Shown in pieces: positions 12,230 through 23,433 of a DNA stretch of 64,000 bases; position 1 is the first letter of the stretch; each line of letters starts with the position of its first letter. Source of the stretch: Felis catus (taxonomy: Eukaryota); assembly GCF_018350175.1 (NCBI RefSeq), contig NC_058379.1, positions 73,160,001 to 73,224,000 of the forward strand. The letters run 5' to 3'. Made by a program: the position numbers and the translations under genes. The notes beneath the pieces were generated by a model. It saw only the letters and a list, made by a program, of their open reading frames with translations. It did no database searches and was not told where the DNA came from.

Positions 12230-13690
12230 TGTTCATTTACAGATTCATTCCAATAAATATTTATTGACAAAACTGCTATGTGCTGGACACTGTGCTAGGC
12301 TCTGGGGACATTAAGATGAAAAGAGGCAATCTCTGCTTTCACGGTGCTTACAGTCTAAAAGTGGAAACAGACATGCAAACAAATTTACAATACAGTAAAG
12401 TGCTTCCGTGGAGGTATTTACAGAGTGCAGGGGGAACCTGGAAGAGGGAAGAACATCTTGCTGGAGAAATCAGGGACAGCTTCACAGAGGAGGTAGCCAC
12501 TGAGCTGAGACTTGACCAGTAACCAGGAATTTGCCATGTAGACAGGCAGGCAAAGGGAATGACAGGTGCAAAGACACAGAGGCCCAAGGGGCACTCAGAA
12601 GGACCAAGTAATGTAGTTTTTCTTGAGCTGAAGGTGATAAGAGGGGCAGGATGACCTAGACAAATAGGCAGGGATCAGATCATGGAGAGCCTTTTGATCA
12701 TTCATCCATTTATTCAACAAACATTTAATAAGTGCTTACTATGTACCAGGCACTAGGCTAAATGCTGGGGTTGTACCAGGGAACAAGACAGATACATCCT
12801 CGCTCTCGTGGAGCTTACATTCTAGTAAAGAGATAGACAAAAAGTCAACAAATAAATACAGATTGAGAAGATTTCTACAAAGGAAATAAACAGAGTGCTG
12901 AGGCAGAAAACGAATATTACAGGGGCGGAGAGTAGTTACAGTTATTAGAAAATGCCTCTTGGAAGTGACATAAAACTGACACCTGCAGGGGTTATGACAA
13001 AGGCATGCTCCGACGGGAGCGTTCACTATGCACCAGGCACTGTGCTAAATGCTTTATAAACAGTAGCTCATTTAGTCCTCACGACGACTCTATGAGGTAG
13101 TATTATTCCTATTTCACGGAGGAGGAACAGGGCTCAAGGAGATTAAGTCACCTGACGAGTCACACAAATGGCAAAAACCAAGGTTCAGACACAGGTTCTC
13201 TTCATTTCAAAGTGCTCACTCTTAAAAATTCTTAAAATAATTCTTAAAAATTACATGGAGAAGTGAGAAACTTCGAGTAGGGAAATGATACAGTCACATT
13301 TGAGGACCATTCTGATGACCATATGGAGGAGCAGGGATGGAGACAGAAGGAGGGAAGGAGGGAGGGAGGGAGAAAGAAGCCACTCAAAGTCCAGAGGAGA
13401 GGAAAGGAGTTGCATGAAGACAGTGGTTGCGGAAATGAAGAGGTATGGGTGTGAGAAGGGCATTTGATAGTTCTAACAGGACTGACAGGACGTTGGAAGC
13501 AAGGGAACAGGGACCACTCAAGGGCACCCGCTTTGAGCAATTGAATGGGATGATTTGCTTCTACCCTTGTTAGGGGATGCAGGACGGTGGTAGATTTGGG
13601 GAATAAGATAATGAATGTTTAATTCTGGACATGTTATCCTGTGGATATCTTGGGAAGACCTGGACTTATAAGATGGTCGCCAGTTGGACA
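12230..13690 (-). mobile_element. L2 cluster (3' ends near 12235 and 12700) with a nested MIR at about 13020-13215
   Basis: cattcattccaataaatatttattga ... tatgtgctggacactgtgctagg and ttcatccatttattcaacaaacattta ... ggagcttacattctag L2 signatures. Confidence 0.75.
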
Positions 13691-14501
13691 TCATGTAATG
13701 GCTTTCATACCTTGTTCTCTACCTGAGCAAAGTACATAAGAACAAAAATCAAAGTTTTATACGTGTGTACATTATGTTTTTGCTTTTACCAAAACTGTTT
13801 ATAAAAGCATGTATATCTTGGTTGGATAGCTTTGTAAAAAGAACATATGATCACCAAGGTGAAGTTACCCCAAGCTTAATTACAGAAGAGAAATCATGGA
13901 CTTGGGGCGGGGGAACCTAAGAAAAGCCTTTGGCCATCCATTCTAAGTAGCTACACCAGTTCTTGAAAAGATATCAATATTGACTTCCCACGGCCACCTT
14001 GTTTGGGGCAGTTTGATGGGCCCAGAGGAGGCATCCTTGGCCAGTAGTCTGCCCAGAGTCTGCCAAGTATCCAGGCTCATTTGCCAGTAAGAATGCTCTG
14101 AGGAAGCTGGTGGCGTAAGGGACAGAAATCAAAGCTGACTATAAATCAGGAATTCCAAGAAGGTGTTACTTATATAGTTTGGCATAAGGTCCAGAGAGAC
14201 AGCAGCCCAAACCTAGCCAGTTGTATTGCTTTGACTATTATTCCTCCCTTCCTCAGGAACTGGAAGGGTGCTGGAGGTAGTGGTAATAAAAGGTACAGGT
14301 GACACTTATATGGAACTGGTCACACCACGGACCACATCATTTCTTGGTCTAATTTTAAAAGAACTCAAGAGTGAAGAAGTACATAAACCCTCCCTGTAGA
14401 AAGCTATTGTTTCCCAAAATATCTTCAAATTTGCTTACAACCACTCCCTCCTTTTCCTTGGCATCAGATTAACTTAAGTATGTTTTTGCTTTTTAAACTC
14501 A

Positions 14502-14842
14502 TTTAATAATGCTGTGCCAGTTGTAGTAAATAGGTATCTAAGAATTTAAGTGGTAATGAAGTTACACTTGAGAGTTTCAACAACAACAACAACAACAAAA
14601 TAATACTGTGGAGGCCGGGGACTGATTAGTAAAGTATTACAATCTGGCTCATTAAGCAACTCGGCCTGGAAAGTTGCCTCTCTCTGGAGCAAAGGGTCTA
14701 ACCTGCACCTGTTAACTCAGTAAGCCAGCAGACATGAGAAAACACTAACTGTTCTAGAAAAAACAACAGCCATGGACTTCCAGTACCATCCAAAGGGTAC
14801 CTGTGTACCTAACTCACGCCCAAGGGAAGGAAATGCTTTATT
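14502..14842 (-). terminator. Distal poly(A) signals: AATAAA 14837-14842 and ATTAAA 14502-14507
   Basis: Plus-strand tttatt and tttaat. The ATTAAA lies where similarity to the recalled longer human mRNA ends. Confidence 0.5.
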
Positions 14843-15083
14843 TTTATAAAACTAACAAAAGTACTAGTCACAGGCAAGAAAAAACAAAAAAACAAAACAA
14901 AAAAAAACCCTGACACATGCTAGATGGCAACTGAGAATTCAGGGGAAAGCGACACAGTTTTCACGCTATTCGGAGGCGTATTGCAAATGCATGAACTATT
15001 CTCTACCACCTCCATTTGAAACCTAAGGCCCAGGGATCACAGCTGACTGTAAATCAGGAATCCCGAGGGGACGGGGGAGGCTA

Positions 15084-15255
15084 TTTATTATGTGTGCTCT
15101 TTTAACAGAAAGAATTCCAATCAGTCTGTGAATATAATCATTTATTTGTCTTTACAGTGATGATGGAAGAATGTACAGGTGTCCTCTTTCAATAAAGTAT
15201 AAAAATCTGTTTATATACAGTGAAGTCACAATAATCTTTAATTGGGAGATTTATT
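15084..15255 (-). terminator. Proximal poly(A) signal cluster: AATAAA at 15250-15255, 15141-15146 and 15084-15089
   Basis: Three plus-strand tttatt hexamers in the last exon; UGUA elements lie upstream of the 15141 signal on the transcript. Confidence 0.65.
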
Positions 15256-15307
15256 TGGTACTACTGATCGGTTCATATTAAAACGGGGGGAAAACAAATA
15301 TTTCACG

Positions 15308-15319
15308 TAAGTGCTACAT
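15308..15319 (-). promoter_or_regulatory. Overlapping miRNA 8mer sites: miR-221/222 (ATGTAGCA) and miR-302/372/520 family (AGCACTTA)
   Basis: Minus strand GGAAATGTAGCACTTACG; exact seed complements plus A1. Confidence 0.7.
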
Positions 15320-16252
15320 TTCCAGTAGATTGCACCTGGCATCAAAAGCTCAGCTTCAACTTAAGCGTCCTCCTTNNNNNNNNNNNNNNNNNNNNNNNNN
15401 NNNNNNNNNNNNNNNNNNNNNNNNNNNNNNNNNNNNNNNNNNNNNNNNNNNNNNNNNNNNNNNNNNNNNNNNNNNNNNNNNNNNNNNNNNNNNNNNNNNN
15501 NNNNNNNTATGTTTTTTTTCTTACAGGCGAAACCCAGTGGAAACGCTTTTGTTCAATTCTAGAAATTTGCTCTTGGGGAACGTTGGTCGAAAGTTACCTG
15601 TAAGGAAAAACAAACAAATTTAAGTAATTCAATGATTTCTCAGGTGAGGTCAGCAGAACTTGAAAAAGTAGTTAGAGGCTAAACTTCACGTAGAACCACA
15701 TTTTTAAAGTCTTGTTAACACTTCATTACGGCACTTTGTACATAAAAAATGTTCAACATATCCTCTCATTGTTTCAAGTGCTTTAACAATAACTTTATAC
15801 TCCTTTTATTTTCAAAAGAGTCATATGTACAGCTTTGTATGCTAACACAAATACTATCTATAATTAATTGAATCCATATAAAAACAGAAATCATAGGGCA
15901 TACAAATTTAAAAAAAAAGACTGTATTAGATACAGCCAAATCCAAACAATTTTGAGAAAATTTAGAAAAACTACTAACTGATTTACTTTACTTCAGAGCA
16001 TTTACAGATGACAGATATGCACTGAAGTTTTATTATTATTTCACCTCGGTGAAACAGTACTGTGCAATGGCAGAGTTTATATATGTGATCCCGTATCTCA
16101 GATGTAGCTACATATTTTAAAACCTTTGCTTTTATGGTTTTCTTCTTGTTGCATTCACTCCTAAAACTGCAATAATCTGGGTACTCCTCTATGATTGTAA
16201 AATTGTAACAGTTCTCAACCTGTTATGGATATATATACATATATATCAAATA

Positions 16253-16489
16253 GGGGCACCTGGGTGACTCAGTCAGCATCCGACTTCAGCTCAGGTCATG
16301 ATCTCATGGTTCATGGGTTCGAGCCCCACATCAGGCTCTGTGCTGACAGCTCAGAGCCTGGAGCCTCCTTCAGATTCTGTGTCTCCCTCTCTCTCTGCCC
16401 CTCCCCTGCCTGCACTCTGTCTCTCCTGTCTCTCAAAAATGAATAAACATTAAAAAACTTTTTAAATAAAAATAAAACAAATAAATAAA
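16253..16489 (+). mobile_element. SINEC_Fc-type CanSINE (intron 6)
   Basis: Head, body and A tail. Confidence 0.93.
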
Positions 16490-16976
16490 GGCCCACTTTG
16501 CTAATAAGGAACATCAGAAAGAACCGTGGCATGGTGGGTGACAGACCCAAGCGGAACTGCGTGTTACAGGCTCCGTCTCTTACAAGCCATGTGAAGTCGG
16601 CCATGACCTACCCTTTGATCAAGCCAAGCCCTACCTATTCTACAGATTATTACGAACACCTGATTACGTTATGTGGCAGTGCTCTGGTTTATGAAACACT
16701 TTAGGTGCAGAGAGGACTAAATGAGCGAATTAGGTACATTTAATTCTGAGAACTAAGAAGTACTTCTAATTCTTCCACAACCTTCGAGTCTAATGGCCTG
16801 GTCTCATAATACCATTCCCCAGTTTAGGATGTGATACCCATACTCTGAATCTCTCTGTACCCAACATGCCAAAACAATGGCTACTTTAAGTATATATTCA
16901 AATTCTAATCACTCAATATTAATTAGTTTGTTCCCACCATTAACCACATTTGCGCCAGGCAATGGGCAATGCTGGC

Positions 16977-17152
16977 ATTCATTCATTCATTCATTCATTC
17001 ATTTATTTATAACGCTTATTCATTTTTGAGAGAGAGAGTGTGTGTGTCAGAGCGGTCAGCACAGAGCCTAACAGGGGCCCGAACACACAAACCGCAAGAT
17101 CATGACCTGAGCTGAAGTCAGACACTTAACCTACTGAGCCACGCAGGACCCC
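16977..17152 (-). mobile_element. Internally deleted CanSINE with (ATTC)n tail
   Basis: TSD caatgctggc on both sides; central gagcctggagcc block missing. Confidence 0.85.
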
Positions 17153-17859
17153 AATGCTGGCTCATACATGAACAAAGTGCCTAGTCCCTAAAACCCATGC
17201 TTGCTTACATAAATCAGGGTACTGCCTTGATACCCATTTGCAAAGTGATCTGCGATGTAAACAAGGGTCTAATGAAACCTCAGTTAGTAGACCCCTGATT
17301 AAATTGTCTTCAGGACAAAGTCTGAAAAACAACAAATGCTAAAAGGCTCTGAAGAGGAGGGCTCTCCTAGAGTCCCTTTTGATGCAATCCAGGCACAACC
17401 ACTCCAATGCCCACACTGCGCTCCAGAGACAGCATGGCTGAAGCCTTCAGACAGAAGAAACATGCCTCAGACTTTTCCTCTGGAGGACGTATACAGACCA
17501 CGCACACTCATCAAAGCCCATAAAACACATCCCGGCCAGAGTGGAAAACAAGATTCAATACCAACATGGCGTCTTCCTGTCCTCAATAAGGGAGAAAAAA
17601 AAAAGACTTAAAATAGCACTGAACTGGATTCCCATGGTTCTGTGTGTTCAGGAAACTGTCACCAAATGGAGATGCTATCACTGAATACATAATGTGAGGC
17701 ACTATAATTATTACACGATTTCTGTATCACTGTGGCATGAGCCGCTCCCTGGGTTACGGCAAAGGCACTGATGGGAAGGGAAGGTTGTGTGAACCACTGA
17801 CTCAGCGTCCCTGCACACAATACCCTGTCTGTGCCTGTACCAAACAGGCCTCTGGCCAT

Positions 17860-18585
17860 CCCTCGGCGGCTCACGTGAAAAACCTGGAGTCGTCCCCATC
17901 ACTTCCAATCAGTCACCTGGTCAAGCTGATTCTATCTCCAAATACATCTCAAACGGACCTCTGCTCTTCCTCTTTCTCTGCACCCACTGCCAACATTCCT
18001 GTGAAGCCACCATCTCTCTCACTGCCAGGCTACAACAGCCTCCTCACTGGCCACCCCGCGTCCAGGCTGTCCCTGCTCTAATCCTCTCTTTCACACGGCA
18101 GCCAAAAGGAACTTGCACAGAAGCACATCTGACCATGTTCCTCAGCCTTCAGTGGATTCCCATTTGCTTTAATGTTAAAGCTGGAAACCCTTAACAACAA
18201 CCCATCAGCACGATAAGATTCGCCTCCACACATTCTCCCAGTGCTCCCCAGACCTACTGTAAAGGCACCGACTTCTCCTTGCTGTTTCTTTTCATGGGAA
18301 CACTTTTATCCCCAACTCTGGCCTACTGCTGCTTGCCCTTGAGGCTCAACATAAATGTCACCTCCTCAGAGGCTTTGTTGACCCTTCACACCACGTTAGC
18401 TCCCCTGCCATCAGCTCCCCCAGTACCTTTGCTTTTCCTTTGTAGCACTGATCACAGTTGGTAATTATGGAATGTGGTGAGCGTCTGGTTAGTACAACTG
18501 TATGGCACGTTCCATGAGCAGAGGGACCGTGTGATTGTGGCCACCAGTGTGTCTCCAGAACTAGCACCAAAAGCAAGAATGACTA
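17860..18585 (+). mobile_element. L2 3' region
   Basis: aaaacctggagtc ... tacaacagcctcct ... aaatgtcacctcctcagagg ... ttccatgagcagagggacc. Confidence 0.75.
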
Positions 18586-18677
18586 AGCGGGGCCAGGTGT
18601 GGGTCCATAGACTGAAAGGGATGGGGGAGGACAGATTCAAAAACATCTAGGAGTTAGAATTCTAACTCACTCTGTTT

Positions 18678-18713
<36 letters not shown>

Positions 18714-19046
18714 CACAATGCCTCAGTTTTGGCTTCAAAAGACATAAGTCACTGGCTCATGGGGGACAGAAAGTAAGACAAGGTCTGCCGAAACCAAGCA
18801 GGATGGCAGTTGGGAAGCAAGATGCCACATTAACCCCTGGAGCCTGGACCACAGCCACTTAAAGAGAATATATACCCACCAGGACAGAACCTATGACACT
18901 CATGTGAGCTCACGACAGGGTCAAAGTTTGTATGTTGTAAGGTAAATTATTTACTATCCTTTAAAATGTCCTTCTGAGTCTCTCTGCATCAAGTCCATGC
19001 TAGAGAAAACCTACTTTAGGGCCCTAATTTTCAAGAGCGGACAACA

Positions 19047-19259
19047 GGGGTGCCTGGGTGACTCAGTTCGTTAAGCATCTGACTTCAGCTCAGGTCATGA
19101 TCTTGTGGTGTGAGTTCCAGCCCCACATCAAGCTCTGTGCTGACAGCTCAGAGCCTGGAGCCTGCTTCAGAGTCTGTTTCCCTCTGTCTCTGCCCCTCCC
19201 CTGCTCGCATTCATTCTCCCTCTCCCTCTCTCTCTCGAAAATAAAAAATAAAAAAAAAA
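19047..19259 (+). mobile_element. SINEC_Fc-type CanSINE (intron 6)
   Basis: Head, body and A tail. Confidence 0.93.
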
Positions 19260-19589
19260 GGGGAGGGGGGGAACAAGAGACCCCAGAAAGATAGTGTGGC
19301 GGGGATGACCGCCACCTTCACCACCTGCGACCACTCTCCTTTCTTCCACCTGGCATTACAAGAGGAGGTTAGACTCCTTGCAAGTGGCTTCAGGGCTGTG
19401 AGTGTCTTCACATCATTAGGACAAAAGGGTGATTCTTAAACACAGAAGAGGCCGAACAGCGCCTGCTCACCCCTGCGGGGGAGCGTCTATATTTTGCTGA
19501 GGCAGGCCACAAAGGGCAAAAGCAAGAAAGTCAACCATCTTCAGGTGCAAGCCCCTCCCTCTCTGCTCTCAGTTTACCTGATCATATTC

Positions 19590-19716
19590 TTAGGCTTCAT
19601 CTCCACTGTCCATTTCGATATCCATTTCTTCCGTATCAGCAGCTCGTGACAAGATGTCTGCCATCAGTGCTTCTTCCAATTTTTTGCGTACTTGTTGTAC
19701 TCGCTCTTCCTGTTTC
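19590..19716 (-). CDS. MBD2: MBD2 exon 6 coding part (C-terminal coiled coil binding GATAD2/p66); exon continues 12 nt to the donor at 19578
   Basis: poly-T aaag|G AAA CAG GAA GAG CGA ... GAT GAA GCC TAA GAATATGATCAG|gtaaac. Translates to KQEERVQQVRKKLEEALMADILSRAADTEEMDIEMDSGDEA*. Confidence 0.97.
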
Positions 19717-21478
19717 CTTTAAAAAAAAAAAGTAAAATCACACTGATGATCTGGCAAGTACTGGAACCATGAAGCTGCTACTACAGTTTATGTTTAGTTT
19801 ATCAAAATCACGAAAACTCCCGACAGTACATTTCCTTCTCCTTAACTTTGCAAAACTTTCTCCTACACCCACAAAGCCAAATTGCACAGGAGGCGGGCCT
19901 TGCCAAAAAGAGGGAACTTCAGACAGGCAGGTATCCCACATCTCGCTGAGAATTCCTGGCAGGAGTGGATTTATTGCAGTGACCTCTTCTTCAATTTCAA
20001 AACTTTCAAGTATGTGAAGATTTGGGGCTGTTGCTATAAGGGAGATTAGAAATAACTCGAAAGCAGGGATAAAAGAAAAGTCATGCGGGAAATAAAGAAG
20101 GGGAAGAGATTTGTTCAACAAAGCACAGAGGAAGATGGAGGAAATGGGGGCACGATGGAGTGCCGCATTCTGTCTTTGTTAGGGGCCAGCCCGTCAGAGC
20201 TCTTCCCTGGGTTCCCAGTCCTACCGACAGCAGGCCATCACAAAGAAGCAAAGACCAAGGAGAAAAGCCGAACAGCATCTCAACTGAGATGAGCTGAGAG
20301 GTTAAGAATATGCCACAAGTTTCTCTGTATCTTGGGGATTGCAGTGGGATCTCAAAAGTGAAAGTTAATAGCGCCAAGTCATAAAAAGAGGTTCTGAACC
20401 ATTTGGTGGGAAACAAAGCCCAGGAAGAAAGTCTACTGGTATGTACTTTGTGTCTAGAAGTCAGACTAAATTTCAGAGTAGCTCCGTGACAGTGCAAGAG
20501 AGGGATTCCTAAAACAGCTCTCCTGAGCAAAGACAGTAAGTAGCAATTCACATCCAGAACCCAGTGAAGAGGCCACGGCTGCAGAGAGAAGGGGGAACCC
20601 TAGGAAGGAAGAGGTTCAGGAAACCCAAGACAGGGAAAGAAGTAGAGCCACAAGTGGGGTGCTGGCCTTGACTCGAGAGCGGGACAGATTGCGTCTTGAG
20701 GCCAGAGGAAAGGTGGTTAGGACAGATGTAGACTGGGACATGGAACAGCTCAGTGACAAGTAAGAGACACAACAAGCAATACTGAGGGCTCTACAGTGGG
20801 GGCTGGGGGGGGAGTGATTTTTCTCTGTCGATATTGAGGAAAACGAAGTGCAGCACTGCCTCAAACCTGGGAAAGTGGTGGGGCGACATTCTGGAAGAGC
20901 ACGTGAAGCTTCCCTGAGGACGTGCCTCTTGCGTCCTCAGCCAGGTGTAAAGCTGCATGTGCTGTGCTGTATCCCAGCCTGCACGTTTCTTGATCTCCTG
21001 AGACTATATCCCAAGTGAGAAGCTAACATAAAACTCTACAGCCACAAAAACTTTAGATGTCCTCTTTACTGCAGTCAAAAAAACAGCACAAGGAGTTAAA
21101 AGGTACAGGCTTCCACTTTATACATGAATTTGCACAAAGAGGAAGGCTGTCACTGAGTTAGCCTCTGCCATGTTAAGAAACTGGAGTTGAACAGATTTTC
21201 ATGTAGTTGGAGCAGGGTCAAGAAGAAACATTGTTTATTTCTTACATAGTCAGTCTCGCCTTGGGCTCCCTGACTCAAGGTTTATGACAAATGGTCTATC
21301 AGTCTCATCGGCAATCTCTCACTCCTAGTAACTGAGTATGAGAATCTGCACAAGTGCCCCAGAGTAATCCCATTAGGAAGAAAACAGAGCAAATCTAATG
21401 TTTGCCATCGATTCTCTTTTGTCTTGAGCATTCCTTCCCATACTTATGTAAGCTGAAATAAAGCATCTGCATCTGCCC

Positions 21479-22012
21479 ATGGTGGTAGGCAGAATTGCAA
21501 CAGTCCCTGCCCCTGGAGAGACTCCCTGTGCAGTTCCCTCCCCTTCAGGGAAGGCAGAACTTGTGAATGGGCTGGGATGTCCCTCCGTGATTAGGCTACT
21601 GATCAATGGGACCTTGAGTTAATCAAAAGAGATTATCCCAGAGGGCCTCACCTCATAAGAACTCTTACAAGAGGCTGCGCCCTTTTTGAAAGAAGTTGGG
21701 AGAGAAAATGTGGAGGGAACCTCAGAGCAAGGAACTGTGAATAGCCTCACCCCACATCCAACAAGACACCAGGGGCCCCAGTCCTACAACTACAAGAAAA
21801 TGGATTCTGCAAAAATCAAAGGACCTTGAAAGAAGATCTTAGAAGGGAATGCAGTGCAACTGACACTTTGGTTTCCGCCCTGAAAGACCCTGGGCAGAGA
21901 ATCGACTTGTATATCAGGCCCAGGCCTCCGGCCTACAGAACTGTGAGCTATAAATGGGTGGTGTTTTAGGCTGCTAAGTTTGTGAGGACTTGTTACTTAT
22001 ATTAAAATAACA
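21479..22012 (+). mobile_element. MLT1-type solo LTR, antisense in intron 5
   Basis: tggtggtaggcagaat start; cctacagaactgtgagctataaatgggtggtgttttaggctgctaagtttgtg ... aataaca end. Confidence 0.8.
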
Positions 22013-22076
22013 TCCAAGGATTAAAATGTTATCAAATATGCTGAAAAAAATATATACTTAATGTTTAGATCTTTAA

Positions 22077-22291
22077 ATTTTTTTTTTTAAGGTTTATTCA
22101 TTTCTCAGAGACAGAGAGACAGAGCATGAGCGGGGGAGGGGCAGAGAGGAGGAGAGACACAGAATCCGAAGCAGGCTCCAGGCTCTGAGCTGTCTGCACA
22201 GAGCCTGATGCAGGGCTCGAACTCATGGACTGCGAGATCATGACCTGAGTCGAAGTCGGACGCTTAACCGACTGAGCCACCCAAGTGCCCC
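22077..22291 (-). mobile_element. SINEC_Fc
   Basis: Perfect 17-bp TSD aatgtttagatctttaa (22060-22076 / 22292-22308). Confidence 0.96.
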
Positions 22292-22338
22292 AATGTTTAG
22301 ATCTTTAACTGAAGGTCTAATATAAACAGAATATTGGC

Positions 22339-22535
22339 AGGGCACCGGGACAGCTCAGTCGGTTGAGTGTCTTGACTTTGGATCAGGTCATGATCTCATG
22401 GTTTGTGAGTTCCAGCCCCATATCAGCTCATTCCTGTCAGCGCAGAGCCTGCTTCAGATCTTCTGTCTCCACCCACTCTCTGCCCCTCCCACCCCCCTCA
22501 AAAAAAAAAAAAAAAAAAAAAGCATTAAAAACAAT
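22339..22535 (+). mobile_element. CanSINE
   Basis: Perfect 16-bp TSD taaacagaatattggc (22323-22338 / 22536-22551). Confidence 0.93.
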
Positions 22536-22969
22536 TAAACAGAATATTGGCTGCACAATTAGAGAAAGGATAATAATTCCATTTGCAATAATTTTGAACC
22601 TGTATTAATTCAACAAGAAATGTGTGCATAATAATTTCTGTTATGACAATTAAATCAAATGGATAATTTGTTAAACAAGTTTACCCTAAAAGGAAATCAT
22701 GGAGATCTGGCTTTGAGATAGTCTGCTCTACTATCAAAAGATCTGCTGTTGAAGGCATCAGCGTTCCCATGACATCAGCCAGAGGCCCTCAGTCTACGCC
22801 CACAGTGACCTGGCAGAATCCCTACTGATTTACCCGATATTCATTCCAAGACAGGTAAGAACCTGTCTCCAGGGTAATTTCCTTCCTCAAGGGTAAGAAT
22901 AATCCAAAGGGCAAGTCGCTTCCTCCTCTTGAATTACATTTTGTTTTTCTTAAAAAATAAAGCTGATCA

Positions 22970-23187
22970 GGGTTGCCTGGGTGGCTCGGTCGGTTAAGCG
23001 GCCGACTTTGGCTCAGGTCGTGATCTCACAGTCCGTGAGTTCGAGCCCTGTGTGGGGCTCTGTGCTGACAGCTTAGAGCCTGGAGCCTGTTTCAGATTCT
23101 GTGTCTCCCTCTCTCTGACCCTCCCCTGTTCATGCTCTGTCTCTCTCTGTCTCAAAATAAATAAACGTTAAAAAAAAAAAATTAAAA
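22970..23187 (+). mobile_element. SINEC_Fc
   Basis: TSD aaaaaataaagctgatca (22952-22969 / 23188-23205). Confidence 0.96.
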
Positions 23188-23419
23188 AAAAAATAAAGCT
23201 GATCAATTAAATTCCATGCAATTAATGCATGTGAATGCAACTTTGAGTCATTTTACATCTTTTACATCTTTGCAAAAGGAACTACTTTAAAACCTAGCAA
23301 GTGCTTTACAATTACAAACCTAGGTAGACTCACACATTTAAAAACATTTTCATGCCACCTTTTCATGGATTTAGAAAGAAAATACAAATATAAACATTTT
23401 AAAATTCTATGATTCAAAA

Positions 23420-23433
23420 CTGCCATCTGCTGG
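23420..23433 (-). promoter_or_regulatory. Candidate CTCF site in intron 5
   Basis: Minus strand CCAGCAGATGGCAG fits the core CCASYAGRKGGCRS, with TATTCC 9 bp upstream resembling the upstream module. Confidence 0.5.

Larger units (their letters stand above)
14490..15597 (-). other. MBD2: MBD2 last (3'UTR-only) exon; 3' end approximate, interrupted by N gap 15376-15507
   Basis: Strong acceptor tttgtttgtttttccttacag|GTAACTTTCGACC. Sequence resembles the recalled human MBD2 3'UTR. Several poly(A) hexamers follow. Confidence 0.85.

Noticed and set aside
19738-20864. Cluster of 69-156 aa ORFs in intron 5
   Set aside because: No recognisable protein similarity or consistent splice sites; explained by locally higher GC content.
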